Source of the DNA: an uncultured Actinomycetes bacterium
GTDB lineage: Bacteria; Actinomycetota; Acidimicrobiia; IMCC26256; JBBRZM01
DNA length: 64,000 bases
NCBI GenBank assembly: GCA_963813635.1
Contig: CAWEZO010000008.1
Coordinates: 70,193-134,192 of the forward strand
Direction: 5' to 3'
The translations under genes and the position numbers were made by a program. Below the pieces are notes generated by a model, which saw nothing but the letters and a program-made list of their open reading frames with translations, searched no databases and was not told the origin of the DNA. Below are positions 20,707 to 30,195 of the stretch, in pieces (the first letter of the stretch is position 1; every line of letters begins with the position of its first letter).

Positions 20707-21249
20707 CTACTTTCCGATGATGACGATGCAGTCGACGTTGTCGGTATTCGGCGGCGGCGGTGTCGGGAAGGCGACGACCTTCGCGGTCGTGCCGACCGCC
20801 TTCGCCAGTGCCTCCGACTCGCGCTCGAATCCCACCTTGCACTCGGCGACGGTACCGGTGCGCGTCTGCGTGTCGGTGGGCGTGAGCGTGTTGTATCCAA
20901 GTGCGCGCAGCTGATTGGTCTTTGTCTTCGCCGCGCCCGTGACCCCCGAGCCGTTGAGCACCAGCACGCGAACTTGCGCCGGCGGCTTCACGGGTCCTGC
21001 GTTGGCAGCCGTCGTCGGCGGAGCAGCGGTGGTGCTGCTGGCGGCCTTTGTCGTCGACGTTGCTCCCGCCTTGGCCCCGCCCGACTTGGCCGGGCCGCTC
21101 GAACCGTTGTCGACGACTTGTAGGAGCAGGATGCCGACGATGACGGCCAGGCCGATGAGCAGGGCACCACGGAGCGCCGAAAACGCGACGGATTTCTGGA
21201 AATGGGCCCCGTTGCGTGGCGTTGGACGTGGAAAGGCGGCCTCGGTCAT
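20707..21249 (-). CDS. membrane-anchored LytR_C (LytR/CpsA/Psr C-terminal) domain protein
   Basis: An N-terminal TM segment (LLIGLAVIVGILLLQVV) is followed by a Ser/Thr/Ala-rich linker. The C-terminal part reads VRVLVLNGSGVTGAAKTKTNQLRALGY. Confidence 0.65.
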   Translation of the reverse strand: MTEAAFPRPTPRNGAHFQKSVAFSALRGALLIGLAVIVGILLLQVVDNGSSGPAKSGGAKAGATSTTKAASSTTAAPPTTAANAGPVKPPAQVRVLVLNGSGVTGAAKTKTNQLRALGYNTLTPTDTQTRTGTVAECKVGFERESEALAKAVGTTAKVVAFPTPPPPNTDNVDCIVIIGK

Positions 21250-21545
21250 CGTGATCCGGGATCGGCTCGACGGCCTTCGATGCGGTGCCGGCGGCGCCGC
21301 TCACGGTCGCGCTGCAAGCGCTTCACTGTGAGCGGGTCGTGCGCGAACGCGGCCGGCTCATTGAGCAGCGCGGTGAGCAGCCGGTAGTACCTGGTGCTGG
21401 AGAGTCCGAACCGTTCACGAATCGCCTCCTCCTTCGAGCCGGGCACACGCCACCATGCCTGTTCGAACTCGAGAATGCCACGTTCCTGCTCGGAGAGCTC
21501 CATCGACAGACGATCCTTGTTGCTCCACTGGCGCGGGTCAAGCAT
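21246..21545 (-). CDS. DUF3263-family protein (start uncertain)
   Basis: The sequence LSEQERGILEFEQAWWRVPGSKEEAIRERFGLSSTRYYRLLTALL matches the family. The 5' part of ORF 21246-21713 runs through the tRNA gene, so an internal ATG (21545 or 21503) must be the start. Confidence 0.6.
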   Translation of the reverse strand: MLDPRQWSNKDRLSMELSEQERGILEFEQAWWRVPGSKEEAIRERFGLSSTRYYRLLTALLNEPAAFAHDPLTVKRLQRDRERRRRHRIEGRRADPGSR

Positions 21546-21655
21546 TGTCGCCGTCCGCGCTCCTCGTTCTTGCGTCAACAACTGTCGTGTCATGACCATT
21601 TCTGACGCTGAGCCGGCGGGTATCCCGACGGCGCAGGGAGCGCGATCGGGAACTG

Positions 21656-21728
21656 AGCCGGGTGTCGGATTCGAACCGACGACATCTTCTTTACAAGAGA
21701 AGTGCTCTGCCAACTGAGCTAACCCGGC
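21656..21728 (-). tRNA. tRNA-Thr (anticodon UGU)
   Basis: A full cloverleaf can be drawn: acceptor GCCGGGT/ACCCGGC, D arm GCTC-AGTTGGCA-GAGC, anticodon arm CTTCT-CTTGTAA-AGAAG, and T arm GTCGG-TTCGAAT-CCGAC. Confidence 0.95.
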
Positions 21729-21740
21729 GGTGCGACAACG

Positions 21741-22538
21741 CTACCCGCGCCGACGTCGCGCGACCTCGAAGCAGGCAACCGCAGCCGCGGCGGACACGTT
21801 GAGTGACGTGAGCGACCCGAACATCGGGATGCCGGCGAGCACGTCGCAGCGCTCGCGTGCGAGCCGGGAGATGCCACGGCCCTCGGCGCCGAGCACGAGC
21901 ATGAGTGCGCGGTCGGCGACGTTGAGATCGAAGAGCGACGTGTCGCCGGTCGCGTCGAGGCCGACTGTCCACACGCCGGCGCGCGCAGCGCGGTCGAGCA
22001 CTGCCGGAATCCCGGCGACGCTCACGACCGGCAGGTATTCCAGCGCACCGGCCGCGGCCTTCGCGACGGTTGGGGTCAGCCGCGCGCTGCGGTGGCGCGG
22101 CACGACAATGCCGGTTGCACCGGCGAGCTCAGCCGTTCGCATCACCGCGCCGAGGTTCTGCGGATCGGTGACACCGTCGACTCCGACGAGGAATGCCTCG
22201 GGATCCGCGAGCAGTGCGTCGATGTCGCCGAATTGCAGCGGGTCGGCGAACGCGACGACGCCCTGGGGTGAGTCGGTGCGGGCGAGCTCGGCGACGCGGG
22301 CCGGCGCGACCCAACGCACCTCCGCCCCGGTGATGTCCGCGAGCGCGACCAGCTCGTCGAGCGCATCACCACCGGTGGCCAGCCACAGCGTGCGCACCCG
22401 CCGCCGACCGGCCACGAGGAGCTCCCGTACCGCGCGGCGACCTTCGACCTGACCGCCCGGCGACGCACCATCGTCGGGCGCCGGGGCGCCGCGGCGCTCG
22501 GGCCGTTGGCGGCCACCGTCCGGCCTGCGACGGCTCAT
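21741..22538 (-). CDS. rlmB: TrmH/SpoU-family 23S rRNA 2'-O-methyltransferase (RlmB-like)
   Basis: SpoU motifs are present: DGVTDPQNLGAVMRTAE, LVLGAEGRGIS and IPMFGSLTSLNVSAAAAV. The ATG overlaps the cysS stop as ATGA. Confidence 0.8.
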   Translation of the reverse strand: MSRRRPDGGRQRPERRGAPAPDDGASPGGQVEGRRAVRELLVAGRRRVRTLWLATGGDALDELVALADITGAEVRWVAPARVAELARTDSPQGVVAFADPLQFGDIDALLADPEAFLVGVDGVTDPQNLGAVMRTAELAGATGIVVPRHRSARLTPTVAKAAAGALEYLPVVSVAGIPAVLDRAARAGVWTVGLDATGDTSLFDLNVADRALMLVLGAEGRGISRLARERCDVLAGIPMFGSLTSLNVSAAAAVACFEVARRRRG

Positions 22539-23905
22539 CGGTGCCAGATCGTGCCGGTCGGCGTGTCTTCGAGCGCCACGCCCTGTCGAGCCAGCTCATC
22601 GCGGACGCGATCCGCAGCTGCGAAATCACCGGCGCGCCGCGCCGCGTCACGCTCGCTGACCAGCGCGTCGACGTCGGCGTCGTTGTCATTGCCGGCGCCG
22701 TCGTCGAGCTCGAGGCCGAGCACTGCAGCGAGCGCCTTGACCGTCGCGACGAGTGACGCGGCTCGCGCCGCGTCACCGCTGTCGATCGCCGCGTTCGCGT
22801 TGCGCACCGCCTCGAAGATCACCGCGACTGCGGCCGGCGTGCCGAAGTCGTCGTCCATCGCGTCGCGGAATGCCTGCACCGCGCCGCTGTCGAGCGCGTC
22901 GGAGTCATCGAAGCCCGCAGCGCGGGCTCGCCGGAGCAATGCATCGAGACCGTCGAGCGCCCGCGACGCCGCTTCGAGCTCGTCGGCTCCGAGCTCGGTC
23001 GGTGATCGGTAGTGCGTCTGCAGAACGCGGAGGCGGAACGCACGCGAGCCGTGCGCGTCGAGCGCGTCGGCGAGCATGGTGTAGTTCCCGAGCGACTTCG
23101 CCATCTTCTCCCCACCGACCGTCACCATCGCGCTGTGCAACCAGTGACGCGCGAAGTGGTGGCCCGCGGCTTCGGCCTGCGCGCGCTCGTTTTCGTGATG
23201 CGGGAACACGAGGTCGTCTCCACCACCATGAATGTCGAACTGCTCGCCGAGGATCTGCAGCGACATCGCGGTGCATTCGATGTGCCAACCCGGACGCCCC
23301 GGGCCCCACGGTGAATCCCATGCGGGCTCACCCGGCTTCGCCGTCTTCCACAGCGCGAAGTCGACCGGGCTGCGCTTCCGCTCCGCGACGGCGACGCGCG
23401 CGCCGGCCGCATCGACGAGGTCGGCGAGCTTGCGATGCGACAGCGCCCCGTAGCCTTCGTAGGTCTCCACCGCGAAGTACACGTCGTCGCCTTCGATGAC
23501 ATACGCGTGGCCGCTGGCGACGAGCTCCGCGATCAGCTCCAGCATGGGCCCGATGAACGCCGTCGCGTACGGCGTCTCGTCGGGCCGGCGCACACCGAGC
23601 CGGTCGATCTGGTCCCAGTAGGCCGCCGCAAAACGCTCCGCGACGTCGGTCTCGGTCGATCCTTCGGCGGCAGCCCGGGCGATGATCCGGTCCTCGACGT
23701 CGGTGACGTTGCTGACATGTGTGACCTCGAGCCCCGACCATTCGAGGTAGCGGCGCATCATGTCGAACGCGAGCGCGGTGCGGCCGTGACCGAGATGCGG
23801 TACGTCGTACACTGTCGGACCGCACACGTACATCGACACCCTGCCGGGCACCCGGGGCTCGAACTCGACCTTGCGGCCGGCCATGGTGTCGTGGATGCGC
23901 AGCAC
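22535..23905 (-). CDS. cysS: cysteine--tRNA ligase
   Basis: Class I hallmarks are CGPTVYDVPHLGHGR (HIGH region), WHIEC and KMAKSLGN (KMSKS region). Confidence 0.95.
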   Translation of the reverse strand: MLRIHDTMAGRKVEFEPRVPGRVSMYVCGPTVYDVPHLGHGRTALAFDMMRRYLEWSGLEVTHVSNVTDVEDRIIARAAAEGSTETDVAERFAAAYWDQIDRLGVRRPDETPYATAFIGPMLELIAELVASGHAYVIEGDDVYFAVETYEGYGALSHRKLADLVDAAGARVAVAERKRSPVDFALWKTAKPGEPAWDSPWGPGRPGWHIECTAMSLQILGEQFDIHGGGDDLVFPHHENERAQAEAAGHHFARHWLHSAMVTVGGEKMAKSLGNYTMLADALDAHGSRAFRLRVLQTHYRSPTELGADELEAASRALDGLDALLRRARAAGFDDSDALDSGAVQAFRDAMDDDFGTPAAVAVIFEAVRNANAAIDSGDAARAASLVATVKALAAVLGLELDDGAGNDNDADVDALVSERDAARRAGDFAAADRVRDELARQGVALEDTPTGTIWHR

Positions 23906-23965
23906 CGCGAGGAGGCTACCGGCGGTCCGACGCGACGCGAGTCGGATTGGCGAGCCGCACGCGTA

Positions 23966-24460
23966 TCAGGCTCGGTCGAGCAGCGCGACCGCCCACACGG
24001 CGATGCCCTCGGCGCGTCCGACGGCACCGACACCCTCACCACGCTTTGGCTTCACCGACACGTGCACACCCGCGCCGCTCGGCTCCCGCGCCGGGCTGAG
24101 CGCGTCGGCCAGATTGACAGCCATCGCGTCGAGATGGGGCGCGAGCCGCGGCTGTTCGGCCGCGATGACGACGTCGACGTTGGCGACCCACCACCCCGTC
24201 CCTGCCACCTTGGCCGCGACCTCACGTATCAAGGCGATCGACGACGCGCCGCTGTAGCGCTCGTCGTCATCGGGAAACAGCGCACCGAGATCGGGCAGCC
24301 CGGCCGGACCGAGGATCGCGTCGGCAACGGCGTGCGCGACGGCATCGGCGTCGGAGTGGCCCAGCAAACCGCGGCCCTCGATCGAAACGCCACCCAGCAC
24401 CAGCGGACCATCGCCGCCGAACGCGTGCACGTCGTAACCGAGCCCGACGCGTGTGCTCAT
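23966..24460 (-). CDS. ispF: 2-C-methyl-D-erythritol 2,4-cyclodiphosphate synthase
   Basis: The motifs GLGYDVHAF and GHSDADAVAHAVADAILG are present in a 164-aa product. Confidence 0.95.
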   Translation of the reverse strand: MSTRVGLGYDVHAFGGDGPLVLGGVSIEGRGLLGHSDADAVAHAVADAILGPAGLPDLGALFPDDDERYSGASSIALIREVAAKVAGTGWWVANVDVVIAAEQPRLAPHLDAMAVNLADALSPAREPSGAGVHVSVKPKRGEGVGAVGRAEGIAVWAVALLDRA

Positions 24461-25101
24461 GCCGGTACCTGCCCCGCGACGAGCAGCGCCGATGCGACGA
24501 CGAGGTCGTCAGCTGTCGTGATCTTCACGTTCGTGTGCTCGCCCGGCACGATCACCACGGCGCCACCGAGCGTCTCCACGAGTGCAGCATCATCACTCGC
24601 TTCGCGATTGTTCGCGTGGGCGTCACGCAGCATCGACGCGCGGAACGCCTGCGGTGTCTGCACCGCGACCAGCTCGTCACGCGGAATCGTCGCGATCACG
24701 CGCTGCCCGTCGACCTGCTTGATCGTGTCGCTCACTCGCAGCGCCGGAACCGCCGCGTCGGCCCCACCGCGCACAGCCTTCACGACAGCGGCGAAGAGAC
24801 GACGGCTCGCGAGCGGTCGGGCCGCGTCGTGCACGACGATCACGTCGGCTTCGGCCGGGATACACGTCAGCCCTGCCCGTACAGAGTCCGACCTGGTGAC
24901 GCCACCGGCCACGGTGGTTTTGACTGGGGGGCCGTCCCAATTGATGTCCGGTGGAAGCACGAGAACAACGCGATCGCACGTCGCGACAGCTGTGCTGACT
25001 GCCCGATCAACCAGACGTGACTCGCCGAGCAGCTCGAACTGCTTCGGGCTCCCGAAGCGCTCGCCCCGGCCGCCGGCGACGACGATGCCCCAGACGCTCA
25101 T
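24457..25101 (-). CDS. ispD: 2-C-methyl-D-erythritol 4-phosphate cytidylyltransferase
   Basis: The motifs VVAGGRGERFG, VHDAARP and VQTPQAF are present. The gene overlaps ispF by 4 nt. Confidence 0.9.
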   Translation of the reverse strand: MSVWGIVVAGGRGERFGSPKQFELLGESRLVDRAVSTAVATCDRVVLVLPPDINWDGPPVKTTVAGGVTRSDSVRAGLTCIPAEADVIVVHDAARPLASRRLFAAVVKAVRGGADAAVPALRVSDTIKQVDGQRVIATIPRDELVAVQTPQAFRASMLRDAHANNREASDDAALVETLGGAVVIVPGEHTNVKITTADDLVVASALLVAGQVPA

Positions 25102-25119
25102 ACGGCACGGAGACGGCGG

Positions 25120-25608
25120 CTAGCTCTTGCCCGCCAGCACTTCGTCGAGCTTCGCCTCCGCGGCCTCCTCGTCGACACCGATGGCGAAGGTGAGCTCCGA
25201 GACCAGGATCTGGCGCGCTCGAGCGAGCATGCGCTTCTCGCCGGCGGAGAGGCCCTTGTCCTTCTCACGGATCGACAGGTTTCTCACGACTTCGGCGACC
25301 TGATAGATGTCGCCGCTCTTCAGCTTCTCGACGTGGTTCTTGAAGCGGCGCGACCAGTTGGTGGGCATGCGGGCCTCCTTCTTGCGGAGGACGGCAAACA
25401 CCTCTTCGACCTCCTCGTCGTTGATCACGTCGCGGAGCCCGATCTCTTCGGCGTTGTCGGCCGGCACCATCAGCGTGAGATCGCCGTACGCCAGGCGCAG
25501 CACGAGGTAGTCGCGCTTCTCGCCGAACACGTCCTTCTTCTCCCGCTTCTCGATCGTCGCGGCGCCATGGTGCGGGTAAACGACCTTGTCACCGACGTCG
25601 AACGTCAT
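25120..25608 (-). CDS. carD: CarD-family RNA-polymerase-binding transcription regulator
   Basis: The product starts MTFDVGDKVVYPHHGAATIEKREKKDVFGEKRDYLVL and contains the conserved W in PTNWSRRFK. Confidence 0.9.
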   Translation of the reverse strand: MTFDVGDKVVYPHHGAATIEKREKKDVFGEKRDYLVLRLAYGDLTLMVPADNAEEIGLRDVINDEEVEEVFAVLRKKEARMPTNWSRRFKNHVEKLKSGDIYQVAEVVRNLSIREKDKGLSAGEKRMLARARQILVSELTFAIGVDEEAAEAKLDEVLAGKS

Positions 25609-25762
25609 GCAATGCTCCTCGCGGGGTCGCCGCTGAACGCGGCGCAAACACCAATGATACCAAAGTCCCCGCGGTCGGCCTCCAAGCGCGACTGTTGCAT
25701 TCGGGACGGCCGGCTCCGCTCGCCGCTACGCTGTGCCGCCCGCACGCAGGAGCTGCCGACCC

Positions 25763-26429
25763 GTGCCCGAACGCCGACTTCTCGACACGACCGAGCTCTT
25801 CGCCGCCCTTCCCGAGCGTGTGTTGACAGCGCTGCGCGAGCGGGCCGAGCTCCGCACGTATCCGCGCAACGCTCTGCTCTTCAGCCAAGGTGACCCGTCG
25901 ACAGAATTGTTCGTGGTGCACGAAGGACGCATCGCAATCGCGACGCGCTCACCCGACGGGCGCGCCTCGGTCGTCGCGGTGTTGGAGCAGGGCGGATTGT
26001 TCGGTGAGCTGGGCCTCTTCGACGACGTCCCGAGGTCAGCCGACGCCCGCGCCCTCACCGACGCGCAGGTCGTCGTGTTGGAGTTCACGCCGGTGCGGGC
26101 AGTGCTCGAGGCGAACCCCGAGCTCCTCTGGATCATCGTGCGCCTGCTGGCCCGGCGCCTCCGCGCGACCGACGAGGCGCTCGCCGACGCGGTCTTCCTC
26201 GACGTGCCCGCGCGCGTCGCCAAGCGCCTGCTCGAGCTCGCCGGCGGCGCCGCCGAGTTCACCCTTCCCGTCACGCAGGAGGAGCTCGCGGCGATGGTCG
26301 GCGCGTCGCGGCGAACGCGTCAACAAGGCGCTCGCGATCTTCACCCGCCTCGGGTGGATCGAGGTCGAAGGCCGAAACCACTACCGCTTCCTCGACCGCA
26401 AGGCGCTCGACGACCGCGCCAATCTCTAA
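25763..26429 (+). CDS. Crp/Fnr-family transcription regulator, single-base frameshift near 26310
   Basis: The cNMP-binding domain (LFSQGDPSTELFVVHEGRIAI...GGLFGELGLFD) lies in ORF 25733-26638. The HTH tail (RVNKALAIFTRLGWIEVEGRNHYRFLD) lies in ORF 25890-26429. An extra G after TCGCG explains the shift. Confidence 0.75.
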
Positions 26430-27512
26430 CCCCGCCTTCTCGACCGCTGACGCGGCAGCGCATCCGCCTCCCTAGCGAGGGGCGATGGGCGATGCTCCGC
26501 ACCGTAGGCCCGTCCGGTCGAGACCCATCCCGAAGGGACGCGTTCGGCCGGAGGCCGGACGCGCCGGGGCTCGGCCGGAGAAGCGGCACCGTACCCGCCT
26601 CCCTGGCGAGGGGCGATGGGCGATGCTCCGCACCGTAGGCCCGCCCGGTCGAGACCCATCCCGAAGGGACGCGTTCGGCCGGAGGCCGGACGCGCCGGGG
26701 CTCGGCCGGAGAAGCGGGCCTTGTGCGGAGCAACGGCCGTCGCCCCTGGCTACGCGCCGCTCTCGCGTCGCTCACGTCGCCCAGGAACTCGAGCGCGCGA
26801 CGCCACGCGTCGGCCGCGTCGTCGGCGCGGTGAGCCGGACGGTCGGGATCGTGCACGAAGCCGTGCTCGGCTCCGGGATACACGACGATCTCGTGATCAG
26901 GGAGGCCGGCCCACGCCGCTCGCAGCGCGTCCACGTCTGCTGCGGGTGTGAACGGGTCGGCGTCGCCGAAGATCGCGAGTGTGGGACATGTCTGCGCCGC
27001 GGTGTCGAGGGGCTCGGCCAGGCCCGGACCGCGCCACTCGTCCGGCAGTCGGATCATCCCGTAGAACGCGACCCGCGCGATCGAAACGTCCCGTCGCAGC
27101 GGCCTTCAACGTGTACATGCCGCCCATGCAGAATCCCGCGACGAAGACAGACGACACGCCGTCGGCAACGACCAGGTGGTCGGCTGCAGCCTCCAGGTCG
27201 CCGAGCTGGAGCTCGTCGTCGAGCTCGGGAATCAATGCCATACGGCCCGGCGGGTCGAGCGCGGCACGCTCGTCGGCCGGCACCCGGGCGAACGGCTCGG
27301 GCGCGCAGACGGCGAAACCATGGGTCGCGAGCCGGCGGCACAGGTCGTCGAACAGCGGACGCACTCCCATGAGGTCGGGATGCACCACGAGCCCGGCCAT
27401 CGGCATGCCCGTGGGTCGCGGCATGGATGGCGTCAACCGGCGCGCGGTCGGCCCCCCTGATTGCGAGGCGCTCGACCTCCGCCTCATGACGCCCGTCAGC
27501 GAGTGCAGCCAT
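26341..27512 (-). pseudogene. dienelactone hydrolase-family protein, one firm and one probable frameshift, 3' boundary uncertain
   Basis: FCMGGMYTLKAAATGRFDRA (ORF 26897-27487) continues as VAFYGMIRLPDEW...IFGDADPFTP...YPGAEHGF (ORF 26341-27057) across an extra G near 27073. An N-terminal piece, MAALADGRHEAEVERLAIRGADRAPVDAI, lies in a third frame. The frame then reads through the tandem repeat as far as 26341. Confidence 0.65.
26464..26717. repeat. tandem direct repeat, two 123-nt near-identical units with 131-nt period
   Basis: Units at 26464-26586 and 26595-26717 differ at two positions that I could see. The ORF-track ATGs at 26485 and 26616 confirm the 131-nt period. Several short GC-rich hairpins lie inside each unit. 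Confidence 0.9.
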
Positions 27513-27539
27513 GGGCGGGAACCGTAGCGGGGGCGCCCG

Positions 27540-28613
27540 TCAGACGTAGCGCTCCAGTATCGACGTCTCCGCGAGCCGCGAGAGCCCTTCCTTGATGGCG
27601 CGCGCCCTCGCCTCGCCCACGCCCTCGACTTCAGTCAGATCGGTCACGCCGGCGCGGATGATCTTCTGCAGGACGCCGAAGCGTGTCACCACATGATCAG
27701 AGACGATCTCGGGAAGGCGCGGGATCTTGTGGAGCAAACGGTAGCCACGCGGCTGCAGCGCGGTGTCGAGTGAGACGTCGTTCGGGAGATGGAGCACCGA
27801 GGCGACATCCCAGAGGTCGACCAGGTCTTCCGTGTCGAGCTCGGCAAGCCGACGCATCACGTCGTGCAGGTCGAGGTCGGTCTCGTCGGCGAAGTAGTCC
27901 TTGGCAACCAGGCGCTGGTCGTCTTCGACGCCACCCATGAGCTCCTCGAGTTGGAGGAGCACCAGCCGGCCGTCGTTGCCGAGCTCGACGACATAGCCCT
28001 CGATCTCCTCCGCGATGCGGCGCACCATCTCCGCGCGCTGCAACACCGTCGCGACATCGCGTACGGTCACGAGGTCTTCGACCTCGAGCGCAGAGAGGGA
28101 GCCGCTGACCGCATCCAAGCGCGCCTTGTAGCGCTCGAGGATTTGCAGCGCCTGGTCGGCCCGGGCGAGGACGCGCGGAGTGGGTTCGAGCGTGCGCTTG
28201 AGCCCGCGCCGGTGGATCGCGACGACCGACATGTCTTCCGACACCGTGATGCAAGGCACGTCGATCTGGCGCCCGACCCGTTCGGCGGTGCGATGCCGGG
28301 TGCCGGTCTCCGAGGTGGGGACGTCGGGATCCGGCACGAGGTGCACGTTGGCCCGGGCGACGCGCGACGTGTCTGCCGCCAGGATGATCGCGCCGTCCAT
28401 CTTCGCCAGCTCCGACAAGCGTTGCGGCGTGAACTCGGCGTCGAGCAGGAAGCCGCCGGAGCAGATGCTCAGCACGTTGGGGCCGTCGCCCACGACGATG
28501 AGCGCGCCCATGCGGGCCTGCAGGATGCGGTCGAGACCCTCACGCAGCGGCGTGCCCGGGGCGACCAGCCGCATGGCGGCGAGCATGGCTTCGGTTCGAG
28601 GCTGCGGTGGCAC
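27540..28613 (-). CDS. disA: DNA integrity scanning protein DisA (diadenylate cyclase)
   Basis: The sequence includes VAPGTPLREGLDRILQARMGALIVVG, DGAIIL and TRHRTAERV, plus a C-terminal HhH region. The start is either GTG 28613 or ATG 28586. Confidence 0.9.
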   Translation of the reverse strand: MPPQPRTEAMLAAMRLVAPGTPLREGLDRILQARMGALIVVGDGPNVLSICSGGFLLDAEFTPQRLSELAKMDGAIILAADTSRVARANVHLVPDPDVPTSETGTRHRTAERVGRQIDVPCITVSEDMSVVAIHRRGLKRTLEPTPRVLARADQALQILERYKARLDAVSGSLSALEVEDLVTVRDVATVLQRAEMVRRIAEEIEGYVVELGNDGRLVLLQLEELMGGVEDDQRLVAKDYFADETDLDLHDVMRRLAELDTEDLVDLWDVASVLHLPNDVSLDTALQPRGYRLLHKIPRLPEIVSDHVVTRFGVLQKIIRAGVTDLTEVEGVGEARARAIKEGLSRLAETSILERYV

Positions 28614-28745
28614 CGGCGACGTGCCTTCCTGGACCGCCTTCGAGACGCGGCCTGGCGGTGTGAGCGCCCAAAGATAGCCCACCCCGGGGCGGCCCCGGCG
28701 GCTCTCCGCGGCCGGCGGTCGCCGCGCGGCGCCCACGGATTGGCC

Positions 28746-30113
28746 TCAGTCGCTGACCGGGGGCTCGAGGCCCATCTCGAGCGCGATCGCGAGGTCGGCG
28801 GCTCGCAGAATCTGCAAGCCCGCGACGTCGGGGAGTGACGAAGGCCCCACCACGCGGGTGAACCCGAGCCGGGCGGCCTCGCCGAGGCGCCGGGCAGCTT
28901 GCGGAACCTGCCGTAGCTCACCGCCGAGCCCGACTTCGCCGAGTGCGACCGTGGCGCTCGCGACCGGACGATCGAGACGCGCGCCGGCGACACTCAAGGC
29001 CACGGCGAGATCGACACCCGCCTCCGCGACCCGGGCACCACCCGCAACGCTTGCGTACACGTCAGCGCCGCCGACCGTCACGCCGGCGCGTCGTTCGAGC
29101 ACCGCGAGCAACATTGCGAGCCGCCCGGCGTCGAGCCCCTGCGCGGCCCTGCGCGGCATCGGCGTCGCACTCGGAGCGACGAGGGCCTGCACCTCGACGA
29201 GCATCGGCCGCGCGCCGTCGAGCACCGGAGCCACCACCGATCCGGAAGCGCCCGTGCGCCTGTCGGCAAGGAACATCGCGGAGGCGTCCACCACCTCGGT
29301 GAGACCTCGCTCACCCATGTCGAAGAGCCCCAGCTCGTCGGTGGAGCCGAAGCGGTGCTTCAGCGCGTGGAGCATGCGCAATGACTGATGACGATCGCCG
29401 TCGAACGAGAGCACCGTGTCGACAACATGCTCGAGCACGCGCGGCCCTGCCAGGCTGCCGTCTTTGGTGACGTGGCCGACCAGCAGGACAGTGACGCCGC
29501 GCTCCTTGGCCAGGCGCACGAGCCGGTGCGCGGACTCGCGTACCTGGGCCACCGATCCGGGACTTCCCGGCAGGTCGGGATCGAGCACCGTCTGGATCGA
29601 GTCGATCGCCAGGACGTGCGGTGCGAGCTCGTCGACGTGGGCGAGCACGTGGGGCAGCGAGGTCTCCGAGAGAAGGAGCAGGTCGGGCGCCAGCGCACCG
29701 ACTCGTTGCGCCCGGAGCCGAACCTGCTCGGTCGACTCCTCCGCGCTCACGAGGAGGCACGGAGCGCCCCGGGTCGCGAGATGACCGAGCGCCTGGAGCA
29801 ACAGCGTGCTCTTGCCCATGCCGGGCTCTCCGCCGATCAGGGTGACGGATCCGGCGACAAGACCGCCGCCGAGCACACGGTCGAGCTCCCCGATGCCGGT
29901 GGAGCGGCGCGAGGCACCGCTGGGATCGACGTCGGCGATGGGGACGGGCCGAGCGGCACCCACGGGCAACACGAGCGGGGCCGTGCGGGCGGACGTGTCA
30001 CCGGGGTCTTCCACAAGGGTGCCCCACGAAGCGCAGTCGGGGCAGCGGCCCAGCCAGCGGGTGGCTTCGCCTCCACACTCGTTGCACCGGTATCGAACAT
30101 GTGTTCGGGTCAT
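28746..30113 (-). CDS. radA: DNA repair protein RadA
   Basis: The N-terminus has the zinc ribbon YRCNECGGEATRWLGRCPDC. Walker A reads GGEPGMGKSTLL, and KNRFG is replaced by the equivalent KHRFG. A Lon-like C-terminal domain follows. Confidence 0.95.
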   Translation of the reverse strand: MTRTHVRYRCNECGGEATRWLGRCPDCASWGTLVEDPGDTSARTAPLVLPVGAARPVPIADVDPSGASRRSTGIGELDRVLGGGLVAGSVTLIGGEPGMGKSTLLLQALGHLATRGAPCLLVSAEESTEQVRLRAQRVGALAPDLLLLSETSLPHVLAHVDELAPHVLAIDSIQTVLDPDLPGSPGSVAQVRESAHRLVRLAKERGVTVLLVGHVTKDGSLAGPRVLEHVVDTVLSFDGDRHQSLRMLHALKHRFGSTDELGLFDMGERGLTEVVDASAMFLADRRTGASGSVVAPVLDGARPMLVEVQALVAPSATPMPRRAAQGLDAGRLAMLLAVLERRAGVTVGGADVYASVAGGARVAEAGVDLAVALSVAGARLDRPVASATVALGEVGLGGELRQVPQAARRLGEAARLGFTRVVGPSSLPDVAGLQILRAADLAIALEMGLEPPVSD

Positions 30114-30195
30114 CCGGGGATCGTACCGTCGGGGTGTGACACCGATCGCGGACCCCGATGCCCGAGAGTCCGCTCGAGTTCCCGGCTCCCCGCCG

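Noticed and set aside
19871-21304. A 477-aa ORF extending otsB far upstream.
   Set aside because: The first 217 residues are low-complexity Arg/His/Gly-rich and overlap the LytR_C gene in another frame. The HAD phosphatase starts at the internal ATG 20653.
26464-26717. Reading the 131-bp tandem repeat as a CRISPR array or as a protein-coding repeat.
   Set aside because: There are only two abutting copies with an 8-nt gap, so no spacers, and no cas genes are present. The period is not divisible by 3, so the copies fall in different frames of any ORF.
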